DNA of 64,000 bases from Amphiscolops sp. MND2022 (lineage: Eukaryota), in NCBI GenBank assembly GCA_964187785.1, contig OZ076417.1, positions 20,336,001-20,400,000 on the forward strand, in the 5' to 3' direction. The translations under genes and the position numbers were made by a program. Below, in pieces: positions 26,101-39,171 of the stretch (positions are counted from its first letter, which is position 1; each line of letters opens with the position of its first letter). Under the pieces are notes generated by a model. The model saw only the letters and a program-made list of their open reading frames with translations. It was not told where the DNA came from and made no database searches.

Positions 26101-27414
26101 AGCAGTTCAACTGGACGGCGGAAGCTCGGACACCTTTTGCACTCTCAACCTAGCACAGAAGCTTTAGCTACCTACAACATTACATCAACGACTTAGCCTT
26201 TCACACTTTGGATCGGAAAATGAAATTTACAGATGTTACAACATTCGCCCCATCACGTTAAAGACAAATGAAGAAAATGTTCACCAGGAAGGAATTGTTG
26301 TACCCAAGATGTGTACACAGAAAATTCACCAGCCCTAACGATACAGAAAAGAAGAACAAGTGAAGGACAAGCCTATTGTGGACAATAGTCAACGAAGGAA
26401 GAGAAATTAACCTCCTCATCACACCAGACTTTTGCTACTCGGTGGTAAAAGATGGAGTCATCCGACTAAACAATGGAACAGTCGCAGTAAAAACCAAAAT
26501 TGCATATCTTGTCTGTCGTGGCCAACACAATGCTCCACCACAGATTGACAGTTACTTCACAACAACACAAACAGTTCTCTTTGTTACAGACAAAGAACAC
26601 AAGATAATAAATTAGACGACTTTCTACAGACTTTAGCCTCAGAACCCGAAGACTGGACAAAATACAGCATCTCTACCGTGGACACCCGAACATGACAAAT
26701 CAAAGATTCCGCAAAATAGACACAAATCATTTCACAGAGCAAGAAACATGATCGAGAAAATTTCAATCGACAAACAACTCCTCCAGAAGCTGAAGGATAT
26801 TTTTGGAGATTACAAACGATGTGGATTCAACAGCCTGACGACCAACTACAGATACAACGACGACAAGTGCAGCTATCTGCCCTGGCATGTCGTCTACAAA
26901 GATAACTCCATTCACACCAAAGTTTGGATTGTCTTTGAGGACAGAGACTGTTGCAGAGACAAACTATTGTGATTGTCACTCAACGACTTTCTCTGGAAGG
27001 GACCCAATTTAACAAACATCCTAGTTGAAATACTCCTCAAATTTCGACTACATTGGATTGCTTTGACAGTAGACATCGAAAAAGTTTTTCTCCAATGAGA
27101 ATCAAAGAAGAAGACCGAAGATACTTGAGATTCTATTACCTACGCAACCCGGAAGACGAAGATCTAGGAACTGGACGACTAGCTGTCTACCATTTCAACA
27201 ATATTGTTTTGGATCTCGAGCGTCTTCTTTCATCCTCGCAGCCGTTTTACAGCACCATCTACAGAAATGCAATATGGAACACTGGACATTGGAAGGAACA
27301 TACTTGTGGACAACCTCGTCACAGGAACTGACGCAGAAGAACAAGCAAAAACCTATTTCAGAAGGACCAGGAAGATCATTCAAGAAGCATCACTGAACAT
27401 TCGCGAAAGGACTT
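20178..27414. repeat. Tandem segmental duplication, ~3616-bp unit (20178-23794 / 23795-27414)
   Basis: Near-identical copies including ~520 bp of flank, an LTR and the 5' half of a BEL element. Junction with ACTT microhomology at 23795-23798. Confidence 0.95.
20701..23794 (+). mobile_element. 3'-truncated copy of a BEL/Pao LTR retrotransposon (5' LTR, gag, protease, part of RT)
   Basis: LTR 20701-21161, PBS-like TGGTGTCC at 21162, gag RRSHKGYMRRLL / RLPKIEMPTF. Cut off inside RT by the duplication junction. Confidence 0.9.
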
Positions 27415-30400
27415 CAAACTACCCAAACCTAATGAATCACTTCACTACTCACACGTCCTGGGACAACAGTGGACCACCAAAGAAGATCAGTTATCACTGG
27501 AACCTTTCAAGCAACATTCAAAGCAGTTTGGACAAAAAGAAGAAAACTCTGTCAGTTCGCGACAAATTTCGACCCTTTTGGATGGACGGCCTCAGCAACA
27601 GTCAAAGCCAAACTCTTTATTAGAGACGTTTGGAAAGAAAATTGGACAAGGGACGAAGAACTACCGGCACAGAAGAAGAATGGAAGACAATTGCCGCCGA
27701 ATTAGCCAATGCAACAACATTCGTAATACCATACCAAGACACAAACCGAATACAGAGAAGAATTGCCTGGACATCTCCGTGGATAGCTCACTCTCAGCAT
27801 ACGCAGCAGTTGCCTACTTTAATGGGGAGTTTTACATGGCGAAGAACAGACTTAACACAGTATTACCAAAGACTATACCCGGACTTGAGTTGATGGCGAT
27901 GGCTCTCGGCTCACAGCTAGGAAACTGTTTACAACAGACTCTTCAACACCTGCCCATCGTGCTAGAAACAACATTCAGCAATTCACATGTTTGCCTGGCT
28001 AGGCTCACATCAACCAAGACACTGAAAACGTTTGTTCGCAACCGAGTGAACATGATCAACAACTACAAATGTACTTTCTTCTTCATTCCAACGGACCACA
28101 ACGAAGCCGACATTGCTACCCTCATAAGTCAGCTAAAAGAATCCCGACAACAACTTTGGTGGCACGGCCCATCACTTAGTGTCTTATAGCAGTTGAAGAC
28201 AACTCATTAAGACGTCTCGGAACCATTAGAAAACGCAGCTTTAATCCCTAGAAAGCAAGAAGAATGACGAGAGGGTAAACCCGAAGGTACCCTCGAAACA
28301 AAAACTCAACTCTATACAGTAAGTCAGGGTAGCCCCGAAGATACCCTTAAAACAGACCGCACTCAACGCAGTAAAAGGATCACAGCAATACAGGGTAAAC
28401 CCGAAGATGCCCTGTATGAAGACAACTTAGACCTACCTGAATCAACAGAAGAGATGACAAACCACTCAGGAACTTTTTGCATTTTCACAACACCCAAGTT
28501 CACAACACTCACGCGAGACAACAGTAACAGTAATTGACGTGACACGCCAATCTCATTTGAGAAAGTTGATTAGGACTAGCGCATGGACAGACAAACTTGA
28601 CAAACACCTCACAGCAGCAATAGCAACTCCATAGTCAAAAAAGAACCCGAATCACTCACTCCAAGGGAAGAACGTACGGCACTCTTTGACATCATTCGTC
28701 AATCACAAGGTACCATACACGCCGAAACGAAGGAACTACTACATCTTAGAAAGAAAAATCCCCCCATCAGAAGTCCCAGACATTTTAGGAATTTTTATTG
28801 ATCAACATGACATCATTCGATGCCGAGGACGTTGTTTGGGAAATAGCAAGGATCTGTCACTTGGAAAAAAAGAGCCCATAAAACGTACCCAGGATCATTT
28901 GGCAAAACAGATTGTGGAAGACTGCCACAAGAGAACTCCACACTCCGGAAAAAGAGCCACTTTATAACACTTACGGACAGTTTTGGATACCCAGAGGAAG
29001 AAGCTTCACCCAGAAGATTCTCAGGAACTGCAACACCTGCCGTCGCATACACAGCAAAACTTACAGATACACGGACCATCCCGCGCTACCGAGCTATCGA
29101 GTTAACTCAGCACCAACCTTCAGTGCTGTTGGGCACCTCGTTGTCAAATCCAACACTGCAGAACAATCCAAAGCCTACATTGCAGTTTTCGCCTGCTTCA
29201 TGAACGTGCAGTACACATGGAACTTGTGACAGATCTAACAGCTGAACTGTTTCTTCTCGCGTTGCGCCGTTTTTGAGCGGGAAAATCCGTTCCAGCAACA
29301 GTTGTATCGGATAATGCAACTTATTTTATTGCAGGAGAATCAGCAATCAAGACTGTTTTTGAAGACGATGCCTTTCAGCAACACTTCATCAAGCACCGAT
29401 TCAAATGGATACACATTCCCGGAAGATCACCAGCGTGGGGAGGATTGTACGAAAGACTTTTCAGTAATGTCACAAACATTTTGAAAAAAAATCTAGGAAA
29501 AGCCTTACTGACACAAACAGAACTCCACACAATCCTGAAAGAAACCGAAGCCACAGTCAACAACAGACCCCTGCCATACGTGGAAAGCGCCACAGCTACT
29601 ACATCACAAACAGCATTGACGCCGTCACATCTCATCATTGTACGAATCCTATCAATTACACCCCACCTTGAAGAACCTGGAGACAACATCATCGAGAAAG
29701 ACCTCGGACACAAGCAACCCAATCAAAGACTATTCTAATTGACACAACTACAGCGAAGTACTCGGAACAGACGGAAAACAGTGTATTCGAGTTTTGGAAG
29801 AGAACGCCAAGAAGCCAATAAATGGAAGACATCTGCAATAGCAGTCACGAAAGGAAATATAGCACTGGTCTACGGTGACACACCTCGCTCGACATGGAAA
29901 TCGGAAAGAACCGAAGAACTCTACAAAAGAAATGACGGACAAGAAGGATCGTTTCGAGTAAGAACACAAGGACGTGCTCTTTATCACCCGAGCACTTTAT
30001 GAATTGTACCCTCTCGAACGGACAATAATAGAAGAATCGAATACTGATGAAACTGCAGAACACCTTCGAGAAAGTAATACATCAGTAGTAGAAAAATCAG
30101 AAAACAAAAGTGGTCCAAATCTGAGCACTGGTTGCAGACCGAGGCGCAAAGCTTTTACTTAAGGTTTAAAATGCCTCAAGGATACTTTTGACGATAATGA
30201 TTTCAACGAAAAGGAATCTCTGCCCATGGGGAGTATGTTGTGAACTCCAAATTATGTTGACTCACAATTATGAGTAGTCAAACGCTGATTCATTGTTTCT
30301 CTAAATCCAAATCAAAGACGGCAGACTTTATTTCTTTTGAAGGAAACTTTTCACTCTCTATGATTACAATAGAAGTCTACTCTTTTATCTTCAACAATTC

Positions 30401-30694
30401 AACGACTCCAGAAAGGAATCTACAAGGAATTTCAAGTTTTCTAAAGTAAGGTCGACATATTTTTTCTTTGGCAACAAGTGCCACATAAGGACTTGGATAG
30501 AAGGTTCCTCGACGAGAGTAAGATTACAAACCCCCTTTTTCTTCAACGACAACCTTTATCATCTTTATCATATAGTTAACATCATTTGAAACACTATATA
30601 CTCTCATCCAACATAATTCCCCTTTTTATCAAAACTCAACTTAACGTTATATTTCAGTTATAGTAATTATTTTCTCGATAAGTGAGATAATAAA
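24317..30694 (+). mobile_element. Full-length but decayed BEL/Pao LTR retrotransposon
   Basis: LTRs 24317-24777 and 30236-~30694 (roughly 15% diverged in the first 80 bp, hand count), PBS at 24778, PPT GGGGAGTA at 30228-30235, AGTTT/AGATT flanks. Fragments in PR (LDGGSSDTF), RT (DIEK, VDN), RH (DSSLSAYAAVAY), INT (HSG, CRR, SDNA) order, with many frameshifts. Confidence 0.9.
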
Positions 30695-32369
30695 AGATTT
30701 GACAAACGTCACTTCATTTAGAAGTTACCACTTCATTATTAAGATGCTGACATTTTGTAATGGTTTCATTAAAGATCTAATTTTATAGTCTTCATTTTGT
30801 AGAGATTTGAATGATCTTCAATCTCAGTATTATTTGATGTTATCACTGATGTTATCCATGTAACTTTATTATCAGAGTAACTCGAATACTGTATTCAAGT
30901 AGTTCCCTAGTGTAGACAAGATAGTAGAACTAGAAATAAAAGATAACTAGCTACTTAGAACGGTTTTGCTTAAGACTCAAAAAATTCTTATGCACTCCTC
31001 CAAAGACATAAGATATACAATCAAACAAGTTTTAAGCAGCTCAACAACTAGTCCATTAATACCCGGTAAAGTATTTTTTTGCTCGAATTTGGTGCATAAT
31101 TGTTTTCGTTTGCTCCAATGTTAAAGAAAGGATCGTTTGAGAAACCATCAAAAGTTATCGGAATATGATGATACTCTTAGTTGATGCAAATACTTCTCCC
31201 GTGTTGCTTTGAGGTTGGTTAATAATCTGTAGGGAAAATAAACTTGCTCTAGGATTCAAACATTTTTGACAGAAGTTTGGTCCAAAAAACGTTTACTAGA
31301 AAAACGTCGCACTCTGCCAACCAACTCACAAAAAGGACCCTTTATGCTCGTTTAACAATATGAAAATAGAAATGGGAACCTCTGGTGAAATGAAACCTTT
31401 TTTTAAAAAAGCAGTTGAGCAGAAAAACCCTGAATGAGTAGACTCTTATTTTCCAACATCGTTTAAAACTTTTTAGTGGTCATAGATATGAAAGGGTCGT
31501 GTTTTCACCCTAGCGAAGTATATAGTCACTGAACAAAATGATCAAATTGAACAAAACGGGACCACTTAGTGTGACGACATTTAAAAAAGCGCCGACTAAA
31601 ACCAAGAGTTTTTAATTTGCATCAAGCGCAACCGCTAAATCGGAATAGCACACTTTCTGTTTTTTAGTGCTGTGTTCAAATCTTTACTTCCTCACTCTGA
31701 TTTTGAAGGTTCCGAGCTGCCGAAAATTGTCATGAAGAAGTCTGTCAATTTCAAGTCGGGAAGTTTTGCATTATTTACAACGCATCATATCTATCTTTAA
31801 ATGCAACTATAACATCATCAATGTCATCACTATTTTAATGCAGCGAAACAACTGTAACGTTAAAAATAGTAATCTTTTGTTTCAATGGTGGAACCTGCAG
31901 TGTAGAAACTTACAGCTTGAATCTTATTGAACATCATAGATTTTACTTCAAAAAAGTACATTGCAAAACAATCTACAGCATGAACCAGCAGTTTCCATTG
32001 GAGGAAGAAACAAAACTCAACAAATTTCATCGGACCATTAATTGGGTTTACACTGAGTTGTATGACCATTTAACTGAGTTTTTAATTGTGCTTTACAAAC
32101 TTATTGAATATTGTTGAGAGCAAATTTGCTAAAGCGTTCAGCTCAAATTCAATTTTTTCACAAATATGTTCCCCGAATGGCCCAGATAAACAAAAAAGTC
32201 AAAAATGTTTCAAAGCTCGAATCAAATCTGCAATCTTGTCGAATTAGTCTCCGCAATCAAAAAAGTAGTTTTTGGAGTCAAAAATACATGCATTGAAATT
32301 AATATAGTTAGTGATATAATGTGTTGAAGGCATTTAAATTTTCATTCAGCATGCAGCGTGACAATCTTT

Positions 32370-34174
32370 TCATTTTCTTCTGTTTGTAACAGTGTTCTTC
32401 AAACAAATCCCGTAGGGTCTGGCGTTCTGAGCGTCATTAACAATCATATAACTTTGGTTTCCTTCTGGGATTCGAACCTCTGACGGTTTCAATCGGACTT
32501 GGAACACGCATTTCTGACCTTCCACATCTCTTGCGTAGAAGTTGGCTTGAATCACAAGTTGAAAAAGGATTTTGGAACAATTTCTTGCAGTTTCAAACTT
32601 GTTTTTGAAGAACGATTTTCGAAAAACGGAATTCGATGTACTCATTGGTAACTTTTCGCAGTTCAACCAACAGGTTCCTTGAATTTGCATCACACTCTTA
32701 AACAAATTAGAAAAAGAAAAACCCTTCACTGCCTTCGGATCGTAATTTGAACATTTTTCAACCAGAAATGTCAATTTTGTTAGCAAAATACGCCCCAGCT
32801 CCACATGGTTGACCTTTTCTGTTGCTAGCTTCCTTGACATCCTTGTCGCCGCAGTGAGCTTGACCCCCTGAATTTGTAAAGAAAGTTCGGGTCTCGGATA
32901 TTCCCTGATTACCCTCACGGGTGCTTCCATGAAAACCGACGGCCCACTCGTTTGGGTTGGAATCCATTTTGAGCCAGTCGTCGTTACCGTTGTCGTACAT
33001 ATCAATGCATCTGAGTCCAACTCTTACCCATGTTTTGTCTTCGGCATAGCAAAAATGGATATGTAAAAACAGACTGAACTCTTTAGCCTTCAAAACAATA
33101 AGGCTGAATGAAAAAAAAACTTGCCTATTTAGAGACCAGTCCAAGTACAAGCTCAAAATCCTAATTTTCGGTATGTTAAATCAATGCTTGAGTTATCAAC
33201 ACTGAATTCAAGGGGCAACAACTACTTTTCAGCAACTGAAGTTTTTTGTGAAAAAAAGACAACCTTATATTTCAGCAATGAGTTGAAAAAAGTCAGTTGC
33301 AACCCGTTCAGTCCGGAGACCTACAACCTTCACACTGGAAACGTAAAATTCCATTCGGAAAAGTTGGAGTATATTAGATGACCAAGATACAAAGGATTCA
33401 TCGTAACGACAGTTTTAAATTCATGCATTTATATTTTATGTAAAAAGGCGGGGCTCAACTTCAAAACGAGTATTCCATTAAAATCTCAACCTAAGCTTCA
33501 TGCGTCACGTGATATGTCCCGGAAAGAAGAACATGAGTAAAATGGGATGAATAGTTTCTGCACAAAAGCTAGCTGTGGTTTGTCTTACGTGTGGAAAGAA
33601 CATACTTGAACTAATTACACTGTTTTGTTTCAAATAACGTTCGTTTTATAGCTTCCCATGCTCAATTAAAAAAAACGCCGCGCTTTGAATTTTGCAACTC
33701 CAACTTGGAATTTTGCTCAAGTTTCTCCCAGGTCTTCCTTAAATACAAGTCTTGAAACAGTTTTCATACGTTTCGTACTCGGGTTACAATGCTGTTAGAA
33801 CTTGGCGAATTACACGTTCAATAAATGGACAGGAACTGAGCATTTTCAAAGTCTGAAAACCATTGATGGTCCTTTAGCCGGATCTGCGACTTCTTAGTCC
33901 GCATTAGCTATCTGTGGATCCGAAAACGCAAGCAAGATGTAGTTTTTTCCGAAGAAATGGAATCAAATGAGTATAACTAGGAAACAAAAAACAGGGTTTA
34001 CATACCAACAAAAAACACAAATGTTTGACAACCCGTACCTGGTTGATGATAATCCATCCCTCCTCGTTTTAGAATAATCCCGTCGTCAGAAGGAAACTCG
34101 AAGTCGCCCCTTGAATCGAAGTCATTTCTGTGCAACCTCAACAACGGAATCGCTCCTTTCTTCAGCAATGTCAT
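32370..34174 (-). CDS. Small PARP-like ADP-ribosyltransferase-fold protein (NEURL4-ART-like family), 3 exons, ~195 aa
   Basis: Exons 34174-34039, 33038-32763 and 32545-32370, both introns GT-AG phase 1, 588 nt with no internal stop. Motifs DFEF...RGGMDYHQP, WVRVGL, YDNGNDDWL, EWAVGFHG, GAYF, VFQVRLKP and RPYGICLK. An additional upstream exon is possible. Confidence 0.8.
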
Positions 34175-34601
34175 TCGCTCTGAACCTGATCAAAATCATC
34201 GAGGATGTTGATTTAAATTATCAATAATTATTACAGGACGTCTGACTGAAAAATTGTTTTCTGGGAAATCACCAACCTTTCTTTTCGAGAACGAACGTGG
34301 CATGTGATAGGAAGCAGGCGTAAGTGAATTTGAATCTTGAGCTGGGCTATAGATTTTGTTTGCAAATGAAAGAGATCTTCCCTTGAAAAATGTGTTTCAG
34401 TTTTAAAGAAGTTTGCGAGCCTATAGGGATTTTTTTTCAATTTTTAAAGCACTCTGCGACTTTTTTCTAGAAACAAAATTTTATATGTAGAAAGTTTTTG
34501 TACACATAGACGTTTTTTGACGTTTTCGTTGAAGAAAAAAGCTTTTTTGTCAATTTCAGTGGTGCCCTTTTCAGTCATTTTGTAACGACAAGCTCTCACC
34601 A

Positions 34602-34674
34602 GGTCGTCATTTCGTCATAGAGTGGTAGAGGTACCTACAGTATGGGTATGTGCCGGGGACAGGCTCCCATGACC
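34602..34674 (+). other. Degenerate tRNA-derived (SINE-head-like) sequence
   Basis: GGTCGT...ATGACC acceptor-like pairing, A-box-like GTCATAGAGTGGTAG and degraded B-box. Confidence 0.3.
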
Positions 34675-35029
34675 ATAGGCCCATTTTGCCTCCTAGGGGT
34701 AAAAGTTGTACCGTCAGATCCAGTTTTGCTATCGGCGGTGTGAATTACACTTTTTCCTTGAAATTACCACTCAGATAGCCTTTGAAAATGGGGACGGTGA
34801 CAAAGATAAATTCTCATTCCAGGTTTTTGTGAAATCAGTAGCTCACGAGCTAAACGTTCCAACAGATCGGTAATTTACTGCACTATTCCATGGCAAGATG
34901 ACAATCAAAAAGGGACACAAGCACGGATGCTTGTTTAAGCAAAGACAAGACGCATTTCAGGTCTTTGCAATATTAAATAGTGACATTTCAGATGTAAAAG
35001 TGATAAGACGATGAAAAGAGTCTATTTAA

Positions 35030-38000
35030 TTATACATTTCGAGTCAATTTCAGCATTTTCCTGGCACACGTTCTTTTTCGTTCCTTTTGCCAAAGGGATC
35101 CCTGCATCTGTTTTCCGTTCTGGCACTTTTCAATTCGTCGGGCAGGTACTTGATAAAGACACTGAGACTTTCGGCGGAATATGACAGAAACCGACAAAGT
35201 CTGGTTCCCAATCCAATCCTTGAACAAAAATTCCACCGGAATCGCCACGCCTAGTTGCTCCTGAACTGCATTGGGAGGATTCGCTTGGATTGAGCCCGCA
35301 GTTATGCTCCTTTTTTGTTTGGCATTCACTTTGGGTCGTATGTCAGATCTGTCCGAGAGCCCGCAGGCTCTAGACCAGCATTCCTTGTTCTCCTGTTCGA
35401 TCACTTGGCGGGACGCTTCGCACTTGGGTCCAAGGGGTTCACTCAAGAGTTCCATTACATTGTGACGCGTTTCTGCTAGCATGTCATTTCCCATGGTCAC
35501 CCTTGCTTCCGGGTTCCACACTGGTGCACCTTCAGGTGATACCACCTTCCCTCTCAATCTGCCTCGTCTATCCTCCAGTGTGCGTGACATCCAGATTCCC
35601 AGTTCGTGGTGGTCACGGTAGCAAAATTGCTCATTAATTCCTCGTTCGCCCCAGCTGATGGGTTTAGCCCTGGAGAGTTCGATTGCCGCTCGCCAATACC
35701 GTGCCGGGAACTAAATCATTTCGAAGGAATGTTCTCTGTTGAGATGACCACCTAGAGCCCGCAAGCTCTCATTTAAGTACAATCGAGTGCTGTTCATACT
35801 CCAGTTATAACGGCTTTGGATTCCCGAGGCATCGAGTGGCGAACCATACCAACTTACTGGTCCATACTCACGCGACAAGGCACATGCTTTCTTTGTTCTG
35901 GTGCGCATGATTCCCATCAAGTTTTCATCTTGCTGGATTTCCGCCTTTATTGTGGTGTAAATTCTGGGCACTAGCATGAATAGCCCGCGATCCAACATTT
36001 GTTGGTAGTCGTGAGGTCTTTTGTTCTTCAGAAATGTTAGGATGGATGTGCTCAGGGTCTCAGAGGCTAAGCGTAAGGGTTTCGTCGGATATCTGAGGAC
36101 TCCTATTGCACCGGGTGCTAACACTGGTATCAGGTGAAGGCTTGGTAAAGGCAAGGTAAAGGCTTGGTAAAGGCAAGGTAAAGGTATCAGGTTCTGACAA
36201 GGTAAAGTCGGCTTGCTGATTCGGTGTGAGAAACCCTGCCACCTCAGATGTTGGTTGGTTTTCATCATAGAGTGGCTGAGTTGATTCAATACCCACGAAC
36301 ACGCCAGACGAACACACCAAAGTACAGTCTAACCAGTGCCACAAAGACAGCTTCATCGCTTCTAAATGTTCCGAATACCCTTGTGCATCCTTCTTTTTCA
36401 GGATTTCGGCTAATGCAAGAAGTCTTTTCATGTCTCTTCTTGTCATCACGAGATATGAGAACAGACGTTCCAGGCTGCATTCCGCTATCAATTCGGCTAA
36501 TATCATCATTGGTCCGGCTACAAATCTCTGCTGACCGAATGCCAACATCAGTGCCAACAGTTCATTAATACTCATTGCTCCAATCGTTTCGCTCAAATTT
36601 ATGATCACACTTTCTTCAAGTCCAAATTCCACACAAATGACGTCAGGGCTCCAACAGGGGCCAATACACAAGGCAAATTGGTCCGTAGTGAGACCCAATT
36701 CCTTTGCCACATCCGCAATATTAGTCGCACGCAGTCGTTGATACCAGCAATCGTAGGTAGTGTCACATGCCTGCTTTTCCGCATATGTCTCACATTTGAG
36801 CTCGGCGGCGATATACTTTACTCCAAGCGACATCTTTGTCAGGCAGATATCTGTAGCGTATCTCACCCTGGGTATCGCCCGCTCTATTTCACGGACTTCT
36901 GATACTTTTCCCATCTCAGCATTCGTTTCGGCTAGATGAGTTTTTTGGACGTTTTTTCACCTTCGTTCTCCTTTGGTGTCAACATCAAGCCATCCTGGTG
37001 CCATTGTCAAAATAGATCGTTTCATCCAGGGTCAATTGCGAATTTCCCGTGGTTTTCACCGACTGCAATATTTTTGAGACTGACGCGATATATCCCATGT
37101 AGGATAGCTAGGAAGGGCGAAAATCTCTCCCGCTCACACGCATATTCGGGGCACAGATAGCGAAATCAACTCCTTGACACTAGCAGATTTCCGTTACTAG
37201 GTAGACACAAACGTTGGAGAGCCGAAGGCCATTAATTGAATCCAGGCGGGGTCACAAAAAATGATGCGGTGTTCAATTTGTTTCTCCTTATTTGTTGGGT
37301 TTTTTCCATGGCCCTCGCCAAATTGATGGCAGCGTTGAGGACTACAGTTCTCTGAGCCGTTGTCGGGTTCCTGTTTTCGATCTCAGACAGTCTCGTCATT
37401 ACACCCTCACAGGCTGGATGGTCGAATACGTTGGAGCATATTACTCTCTTTGGAGGTGGTTCACGATATGTCGCTGTCATTTCTGGATCAAACATGGCTA
37501 CTACCACCTCAGACATTTCAGGGATCCTGGAAAGAAGAATCGTCATTACAATTACGTCCGAGAGCACGTTGTCGTTGGGGACGTTTTTGAAGAAGGCCGA
37601 ATCTATCATCAAGGCGTAGCCTGCAAGCTGCAACCTTTCTTTTTGGCATCAGTAGTTGGGCTTCTAAGATTCTTGCATAGCTTGAAATGATCTTGAACGT
37701 CTCTCCTGTCAGTAGCGCATACCGTTCTTCGAATTGGTTTCTCAGTCCAATATTTAGGGAGTACAAATAGTTGTGTTCTACTCCGGGAAGTATATTCACC
37801 GCTCTACTGAGTCACGCAGGCTCAGAAGCTTGTGAATATTCAGCTCGTAGAGGTATTCCCAGGAACACCGACACGACACGTTCATTCTTTTATTATTCGC
37901 ATGTTCATCATCGTTGGGGGGTCACATGTTCTTTTGATACACCACTCTGGCGACACAATCACCGCCGCTTCCCAGGTTCTTCTCGCAACTTTCGTCACCG

Positions 38001-38480
38001 GTTATCCGAGACGATTTTGCATGGAGTGCAGATAAGTACGATGTCTGGTGAATGTCTTTTCGCTACCGGGATTTTGTAACCCTTGTTTTCTTAGCGGGGT
38101 GCCGGTAGGTCCACTGTTTTTCACCTTCACAGCGGGATACTCGGACATTATGTCCTTTACTGTTCGCTGCGGGTCTGATGTACCTTGGTACTCGACGGAG
38201 GGAGATTGTGGAGCGCGTGATGTCTGTGGGCGAGGTGTTGCCCTTTGCGATAAAATGCTTCGTGAAGATTATTGGGGTGGTGGAGTGGGTTCTGGAAGTT
38301 GTGGTGGTGGAGGTGGCAGAAGCATGGATGCTTCCGATACCACTGGTTTCATTTGGCTAGGCGTTTTCTAGTTCGAGGCTTTCTTGTCAGGTGGTGCAGG
38401 CGGCAGTGTTTGTTGAGGTGGAGCAGGTGCAGAAAATAGTTGAAGAGGACGATTTTGTTGCCATTACGACGCCAAACAGG
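35030..38480 (-). pseudogene. Long decayed accessory ORF downstream of Gypsy pol, function unknown
   Basis: ORFs 36914-36060, 36289-35711 and 35590-35030 join into one ~620-codon frame after removing a 22-bp duplication and reading through one TAG. Further frameshifted pieces at 37799-37518 and 37633-37232. GC-richer than the flanks. Confidence 0.55.
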
Positions 38481-38652
38481 GAACCTTGGTTTTTTCAAGA
38501 ATTGAGGAAAATTGGCTTTTGAGACTACCAAAATGTGTTCTCTAGAAACGAGGAAAAAGTGATTTTCAAAGTGCCGCCAATTTGACCTAAGAATTCAGAC
38601 AATAATGTTGGTAGTGCAAAAATGAAAGTTTCAAGAACTGAGGAAATTTTTT

Positions 38653-39095
38653 TGTGGATTCTTCACAATATTAATAGAATATGGTTCCCATGTTTAATAA
38701 TGGATGTGAAGATTCTTCGATTTTCGTCAATTCTTCAAAGTTTTCTGGATTGTTCAAAAGCTTTCCTGGATTCTTCACAAGTTTTCTCGGATTTTAGTAA
38801 CCTACTTAGTGAAGAATCCTCGCAAACTAATAAGTTCTAAAATGAAGAATCAACACAATTCCAAGAATCCACAAAAATTTTATTGACCTATTTAGTTAAG
38901 AATCCCCGCAAACTAATAAATGCTAAAATGAAGAAACCACAAAATTTGAAGAATTCAGGAAAACAGTGAAAATTTTGATTCAGCGATTCTTCGCAGGTTA
39001 CGCAGGTATTATTGCAAGAATCCAGAAAAATGTTTTACTCCATTTTCCTCATTTCTTGAAAACCCACGTAATGTAATCGATGTGAAGAATCCACA
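38653..39095. mobile_element. GAATC/GATTC-rich MITE-like insertion
   Basis: Perfect 15-bp inverted repeat TGTGGATTCTTCACA (38653-38667 / 39081-39095) with an AT-rich interior full of GAAGAATC units. Confidence 0.65.
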
Positions 39096-39171
39096 CCACA
39101 CTGCAACAGATTTGTTGCAGTCAAAAGTTCCCTGTTTGGCGTCGTAATGGCATGCCTCCACTCGCAGAGCT

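Noticed and set aside
31917-32117. Possible terminal exon converging on the ART gene
   Set aside because: No recognisable motif and no supportable upstream exons.
38521-38540. PBS-like TGGTAGTC after ACA on the minus strand, suggesting a separate LTR element
   Set aside because: No matching second LTR or PPT was found around 34400-35050.
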